Below, piece after piece: positions 35,092 to 39,882 of a DNA stretch of 39,882 bases (positions are counted from its first letter, which is position 1; each line of letters begins with the position of its first letter). The stretch spans positions 1-39,882 of the forward strand of contig JBILOR010000001.1 in assembly GCA_044374325.1 (NCBI GenBank). Reading direction: 5' to 3'. This stretch comes from Candidatus Planktophila sp. (GTDB lineage Bacteria > Actinomycetota > Actinomycetes > Nanopelagicales > Nanopelagicaceae). The notes below the pieces were generated by a model. That model searched no databases. It worked only from the letters and a program-made list of their open reading frames with translations, and had not been told where the DNA came from. Both the position numbers and the translations under genes were made by a program.

Positions 35092-36054
35092 GTGCGGATA
35101 TTGGTTACAGGCGGGGCTGGATTTATCGGCTCAAACTATGTCCGACGAATTGTCGATGGCACACTTGGTGGAATTTCTAAGGTAACCGTATTGGACAAAC
35201 TCACCTATGCCGGAACCCTCACTAACCTCTCCGAGCTTTCAGCGGACAGTTATGAGTTTATAGAGGGCGATATTTGTGATGCAGAACTTGTTGGCAATCT
35301 TGTCTCCCAAAATGATTTAGTTGTAAATTTTGCGGCCGAATCACATGTAGATCGTTCTATAAATGGGGCGAAAGACTTTGTAGTCACAAATGTTTTGGGC
35401 ACCCAGACGCTTCTGGATGCAGTTAGAAAAAGCGAAGTTAAGACATATTTGCAAGTCTCAACTGACGAAGTTTATGGTTCGATTGAAAAAGGATCCTGGC
35501 CTGAAACAGATCCGTTGCTACCGAATTCACCATATGCGGCTTCAAAAGCCTCAGCTGATCTAATCTGTCGATCTTATTTCAAAACGCATGGCATTGATGT
35601 TCGTGTTACAAGATGCAGCAATAATTATGGGCGAAATCAATATCCTGAAAAGGTAATCCCGCTATTCGTTATAAATTTAATTGATAATAAGAAAGTTCCT
35701 GTATATGGAAGTGGCATGAATGTGCGAGATTGGTTGCATGTCGATGACCACTGTCGCGGTATCCATCTAGCACTTACCAGAGGCAAAGCAGGCGAGATCT
35801 ACAATATAGGTGGAGGTACCGAGCTAAACAACCTTGAGCTCACCGATAAAATTCTCGACATAATGGGTAAGGGTCCAGAATCAATTGAATATGTTGAAGA
35901 TCGAAAAGGTCATGACCTTAGATATTCAGTTGATATCGCCAAAATTTCAAATGAACTTGGCTATGCACCTCAAATTGATTGGGAAGTTGGCTTAAGGGAA
36001 ACCATCAATTGGTATCAGGAAAATGAAGCCTGGTGGCGGCCACTTAAGAAATGA
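35092..36054 (+). CDS. rmlB: dTDP-glucose 4,6-dehydratase
   Basis: GGAGFIGSN, DKLTYAG, AAESHVDRS, STDEVYGS, YAASKA, RCSNNYG, DRKGHDLRY. Start is 35083 or 35092. Confidence 0.95.
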   Translation: MRILVTGGAGFIGSNYVRRIVDGTLGGISKVTVLDKLTYAGTLTNLSELSADSYEFIEGDICDAELVGNLVSQNDLVVNFAAESHVDRSINGAKDFVVTNVLGTQTLLDAVRKSEVKTYLQVSTDEVYGSIEKGSWPETDPLLPNSPYAASKASADLICRSYFKTHGIDVRVTRCSNNYGRNQYPEKVIPLFVINLIDNKKVPVYGSGMNVRDWLHVDDHCRGIHLALTRGKAGEIYNIGGGTELNNLELTDKILDIMGKGPESIEYVEDRKGHDLRYSVDIAKISNELGYAPQIDWEVGLRETINWYQENEAWWRPLKK

Positions 36055-36920
36055 AATGGCTAATAACAGGGGTAAACGGTCAACTCGGTAGATGCCTTCA
36101 GGAAACGTTAGATGCTAAGGGAGTTGATTTTGTAGCTCTAACTCACACTGATCTAGACATTACAAACATGGTCATGTTAAAACATTGCTTTAACAACATA
36201 AAACCAGATGTAGTTATTAATGCAGCTGCATACACAAATGTTGAGCAGGCTGAGATTGATTCTGATGAAGCAATTAAGGTTAATCAATCAGGAGCTGCAA
36301 ATGTCGCAATTGCAAGCAAGTCAATTGGTGCGAAGTTGGTACACTTTTCAACCGATTATGTTTTTGCAGGTAATCGCAATTTACCTTGGATGGTAGATGA
36401 TATAAAAGAACCCCTCTCAATTTATGGAAAGAGCAAATTAGCTGGCGAAGTAGAGATACTAAACGAGTACCCATTAAAATCTTTGATAATTAGAACTGCG
36501 TGGCTTTATAGCCCTTTTGGAAAAAATTTTTATAAAACGATGTTAAAGAAGGCTTTGAATAGTGACGAAAGCGTACGAGTAGTAAGCGATCAACAAGGTC
36601 AACCCACAAGTGCATTCGATTTGTCAGTGTTAACAGTGAATGCAGTGACGGAAAATGTTGCCTCAGGTGTGTTTCATGGAACTAACGCAGGATCGTGTAG
36701 TTGGTTTGAATTTGCACAGTACATATTTGAAATCGCAGGCGCAGATCCAGCCAGAGTGATCCCTATCCTTTCCTCAGAGTTCGCAACTAGGGTGCAGCGA
36801 CCAAAGTATTCTGTTTTGGATAATCAAAAATGGTCAGAATCTGGCATAACACCTCTCGGCCCTTGGAAAGATTCAGTTCAAAAAGCGCTACCTGACATGA
36901 TGCTGTCGTTGGCTAAGTAG
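36051..36920 (+). CDS. rmlD: dTDP-4-dehydrorhamnose reductase
   Basis: G.NGQLG, NAAAYT.V, STDYVF.G, YGKSKLAGE, RTAWLY, DQ.GQPT, RPKYSVL. Confidence 0.93.
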   Translation: MKWLITGVNGQLGRCLQETLDAKGVDFVALTHTDLDITNMVMLKHCFNNIKPDVVINAAAYTNVEQAEIDSDEAIKVNQSGAANVAIASKSIGAKLVHFSTDYVFAGNRNLPWMVDDIKEPLSIYGKSKLAGEVEILNEYPLKSLIIRTAWLYSPFGKNFYKTMLKKALNSDESVRVVSDQQGQPTSAFDLSVLTVNAVTENVASGVFHGTNAGSCSWFEFAQYIFEIAGADPARVIPILSSEFATRVQRPKYSVLDNQKWSESGITPLGPWKDSVQKALPDMMLSLAK

Positions 36921-36929
36921 GATGTGTTC

Positions 36930-37478
36930 ATGAAAGTTACGCCTCTCGCAATTGCCGGTGCTTGGCTTATTGAGTCACCTGTATTTCAAGATGAACGAGG
37001 GATGTTTCGCGAATGGTTCAAAGTAGAAGCGCTTAACGAAATTGGGTTTCCAGAATTTGAAGTGAGACAAGCAAACACATCAACTTCTCACGAAGGTGTT
37101 ATCAGAGGTATTCATTTCAGCGATGAACTTGTTGGTCAAACTAAAATAGTTACCTGCTCTTCAGGTTCTATCTTGGATGTAATAGTGGATTTGAGACCAG
37201 ATTCTGAATCCTTCCGCCAATTTGTGAGCCTAAAACTTTCTGCCAAAGAAGGGAAAGCTATCTATATTTCCAAAGGCTTGGGGCATGCGCTCCAGGCACT
37301 CGAAGTTAACTCAACAATTAATTACTTGTTAGATAAAGAATACGACCCAAAAATGGAATTTGGAATCAATCCATTAGATCCAGATCTTGATATTCCTTGG
37401 CCCAATCAAAATCCAATCATTTCCGAGAAAGACCGAAATGCTAAATCAGTAAAAGATTTCTTCAAGAAAAAAGGTTAA
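36930..37478 (+). CDS. rmlC: dTDP-4-dehydrorhamnose 3,5-epimerase
   Basis: DERGMFRE, GVIRGIHF, QTKIV, DVIVDLR, GLGHA, ISEKD. Confidence 0.93.
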   Translation: MKVTPLAIAGAWLIESPVFQDERGMFREWFKVEALNEIGFPEFEVRQANTSTSHEGVIRGIHFSDELVGQTKIVTCSSGSILDVIVDLRPDSESFRQFVSLKLSAKEGKAIYISKGLGHALQALEVNSTINYLLDKEYDPKMEFGINPLDPDLDIPWPNQNPIISEKDRNAKSVKDFFKKKG

Positions 37479-37479
37479 A

Positions 37480-39318
37480 ATGATTAATCAAATTATTGGA
37501 CCGAACAAATTTCTAAATTTTCGAAAATCAATAGGAATTCTTGATAAAAAGGATAGAAAAAAACTTACCTATATAACTGCCATCCAAATCTTTTTAGGAA
37601 TTCTCGACTTGCTGGGAGTACTAGCCGTAGGGCTACTTGGAACACTCTCAGTAACGGGTGTTCAATCCAGGGACCCAAGTAGCCGAGTTTACAAAGTCCT
37701 AGAAATACTTGGGATATCTAATTTTAGTATTCAGGCGCAAGCTTCAATTATTGGGCTAGCTGCCGTTTCCTTGCTCGTTGGAAGAACAATTATTTCGATA
37801 TTCATTACAAGGAGAATCCTCTATTTCATGAGCCGTAGAGGTGCAGTGATATCTGCAAATCTAATTTCCAGGCTATTGGCACAACCTCTGCTGGTGATTC
37901 AAAGATGGGGCACTCAAGAGTCTCTTTTTGCCGTAACTAGCGGAGTTCAGATAATCGCTTTGCAGATTATTGCGCTGTCTGTCATGTTGGTTGCCGACGT
38001 AGCCCTACTTTTCATATTGATCCTGGGATTGTTTGCAGTTGACCCAATCACTTCAATTGGCACAGTTATGATTTTCGGTGTTGTTGCCTTGGTTCTTTAC
38101 AAGTTAATGCATGAGCGCGCAAATAGAATTGGAAATTTGAGCTCAACATTAACGATTAAAAGCAATGAAAAAATTGTCGAAGTATTTTCATCCTATAGAG
38201 AGTCAGTGGTTAGAAATCGTCGGGATTACTACGCTCGCTCAATTGCAGAAACTAGATTAGATATTGCAAATGTAAATGCAGAAATTGGCTTTATGCCATA
38301 TATAAGTAAGTATGTTTTAGAAACCACAGTTGTGGTTGGAGCAGTACTTATTGGCGCACTCCAGTTTGCATTACAAGATGCAGCTCATGCAGTTGCGACG
38401 TTGGCAATTTTTGTTGCAACCGGAACCAGAATAGGCCCAGCCGTCTTGAGAATTCAACAAGGTGTAGTAATGATGAAAAATAGTTTTGGCATGGCCAAGC
38501 CGACACTAGATTTGATTGATTTTCTTGGAAACAAGCCAATGATTGAACATTTTGATGATGTTGTACATACCGATCATGTCGGTTTTGATGCAAGTGTCAA
38601 GATATCAAATGTATCTTTGACTTACCCCAATAAATCGGAGCCAGCGCTTAATAGTGTTTCAGTGTCAGCAGTTGCTGGCACAGTAATTGCAATCGTTGGC
38701 CCATCAGGAGCGGGAAAGACAACGCTTGTAGATGTACTACTCGGGGTAATCGAGCCAGACAGCGGCTCAACAAAGATTTCCAGCGTAACTCCACTGGAAG
38801 CGATTGCACGGTGGCCCGGTGCAATATCGTATGTACCTCAAGATGTGATGGTTGTTAATGGCTCAATCCGTGAGAATGTAGCTCTTGGTTATCCACTGGA
38901 AGCTGCGAGTGATGAATTAGTAAACAGTGCATTGAGCATTGCCTCTCTGAGCGATTTCGTTGCTAATCTTCCCGAAGGTTTAGATACGAATCTTGGTGAG
39001 CGCGGCGCCAAAATAAGTGGCGGTCAACGTCAAAGAATTGGTATTGCACGTGCGCTGTTTACTAAACCAAAGTTACTTGTTCTAGATGAAGCAACAAGTG
39101 CCCTAGATGGCGGCACGGAAGAAAGTATTTCTTCAGATATTCAAAAACTAAAGGGCTCGACTACCGTAGTTCTTATAGCGCACCGCCTATCAACTGTTCG
39201 CGATGCTGATTTAGTTCTCTATATGGATAAGGGCGAGATAGTTGCGCGTGGAACTTTTGAAGAGGTTCGTAACGCGGTTCCTGATTTTGATCGCCAAGCC
39301 AAATTGATGGGACTTTAA
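37480..39318 (+). CDS. ABC transporter, fused permease/ATPase (PglK/MsbA-like lipid-linked glycan flippase)
   Basis: N-terminal multi-TM domain; Walker A GPSGAGKT, YVPQ, ISGGQRQRIGIARA, LVLDEATSALD, AHRLST. Confidence 0.88.
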   Translation: MINQIIGPNKFLNFRKSIGILDKKDRKKLTYITAIQIFLGILDLLGVLAVGLLGTLSVTGVQSRDPSSRVYKVLEILGISNFSIQAQASIIGLAAVSLLVGRTIISIFITRRILYFMSRRGAVISANLISRLLAQPLLVIQRWGTQESLFAVTSGVQIIALQIIALSVMLVADVALLFILILGLFAVDPITSIGTVMIFGVVALVLYKLMHERANRIGNLSSTLTIKSNEKIVEVFSSYRESVVRNRRDYYARSIAETRLDIANVNAEIGFMPYISKYVLETTVVVGAVLIGALQFALQDAAHAVATLAIFVATGTRIGPAVLRIQQGVVMMKNSFGMAKPTLDLIDFLGNKPMIEHFDDVVHTDHVGFDASVKISNVSLTYPNKSEPALNSVSVSAVAGTVIAIVGPSGAGKTTLVDVLLGVIEPDSGSTKISSVTPLEAIARWPGAISYVPQDVMVVNGSIRENVALGYPLEAASDELVNSALSIASLSDFVANLPEGLDTNLGERGAKISGGQRQRIGIARALFTKPKLLVLDEATSALDGGTEESISSDIQKLKGSTTVVLIAHRLSTVRDADLVLYMDKGEIVARGTFEEVRNAVPDFDRQAKLMGL

Positions 39319-39352
39319 TTCCCCAATTGGTTTTTTGCTTAGCTATTCCAAA

Positions 39353-39390
39353 ACAAAACACCCACCGATAATCCACGGTGGGTGTTTTGT
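39353..39390. terminator. Bidirectional intrinsic terminator between convergent genes
   Basis: 15-bp perfect inverted repeat ACAAAACACCCACCG-ataatcca-CGGTGGGTGTTTTGT with T-rich ends on both strands. Confidence 0.88.
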
Positions 39391-39445
39391 ATCCCTAGAG
39401 GAGGATTCAAACTTGGTTGGCGCAGTTACGCGCCTTTGTGTTGCG

Positions 39446-39838
39446 TTATGAGCCTGGAGTTACTGCAGGCTTTGCCTTAACCAAGATGGCTGGCTTTACC
39501 GGCTTAACTGGCTTGGTTGGAATTGTTGCCTTGGCTGCAGATTTGGCAGCTTCGAAGGCGGCCTTTGCAGCAGCTTTCTGATCAGCTGTGGTTGCAGCAG
39601 CTTTAGCGGCCTTAGCGGCGGCGCGAGCAGCATCGATGGTGGCGTGTGCGGCATCGGCTGCTGTGTGGCGGGCTTCTGCTGCGGCTTTGAAAGTATTCAT
39701 CTGGGCTTGGAATGCGGTGCGGGCTGCAACGCGCTCAGCCTTTGTGGCTGCTGTCTCTGCGGCAAATGAGGAAGTCGTTGAAGTTAGTGCGAAGCCGGCG
39801 ATAAGTAGGGCGGCTACTGCGGTGCGAGAGTTTTTCAT
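39446..39838 (-). CDS. Small secreted Ala/Lys-rich helical protein
   Basis: Signal peptide ending SSFA, upstream GAAAGG SD, AAKAA repeats, KPVKPVKP tail, own terminator. Confidence 0.7.
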   Translation of the reverse strand: MKNSRTAVAALLIAGFALTSTTSSFAAETAATKAERVAARTAFQAQMNTFKAAAEARHTAADAAHATIDAARAAAKAAKAAATTADQKAAAKAAFEAAKSAAKATIPTKPVKPVKPAILVKAKPAVTPGS

Positions 39839-39882
39839 GGTGAGCCTTTCTATGTGCGCTGGCCTGATGCCTTTGCTTATGG

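Noticed and set aside
1-39882. Prophage, integrative element or anti-phage defence system
   Set aside because: No integrase, transposase, phage structural, nuclease or toxin-antitoxin genes are recognisable, and the methyltransferases lack DNA-MTase motifs such as DPPY/NPPY or PC.

Overview
The window is a cell-surface glycan island, most likely from a small, low-GC freshwater actinobacterium of the acI / Ca. Nanopelagicales type. That assignment is an inference from actinobacterial-style TANNNT leaderless promoters, signal peptides and gene content. It starts in a tRNA-Glu and contains a tRNA-Lys. It encodes about 30 genes for nucleotide-sugar synthesis (dTDP-L-Rha, an FnlA/reductase/2-epimerase set, a GME-like epimerase, a HexNAc dehydrogenase/epimerase/amidotransferase set), glycosyl- and methyltransferases, a WavE-linked five-gene cassette of unknown function and a PglK-like ABC flippase. 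The centre (17.0-24.3 kb) is the most interesting part. A transglutaminase-like TPR protein is divergent from an ECF sigma factor fused to a membrane helix and a ~235-aa predicted extracytoplasmic domain. The sigma gene runs through a structured 153-nt leader into a strongly codon-biased Thr/Ala-rich surface (S-layer-like) protein with an acidic coiled-coil stalk. A strong terminator and an O-antigen-ligase/O-oligosaccharyltransferase-like gene follow. Together these suggest an uncharacterised, possibly self-monitoring glycosylated surface-layer system. All calls come from motif recognition by eye; no database searches or folding were run.
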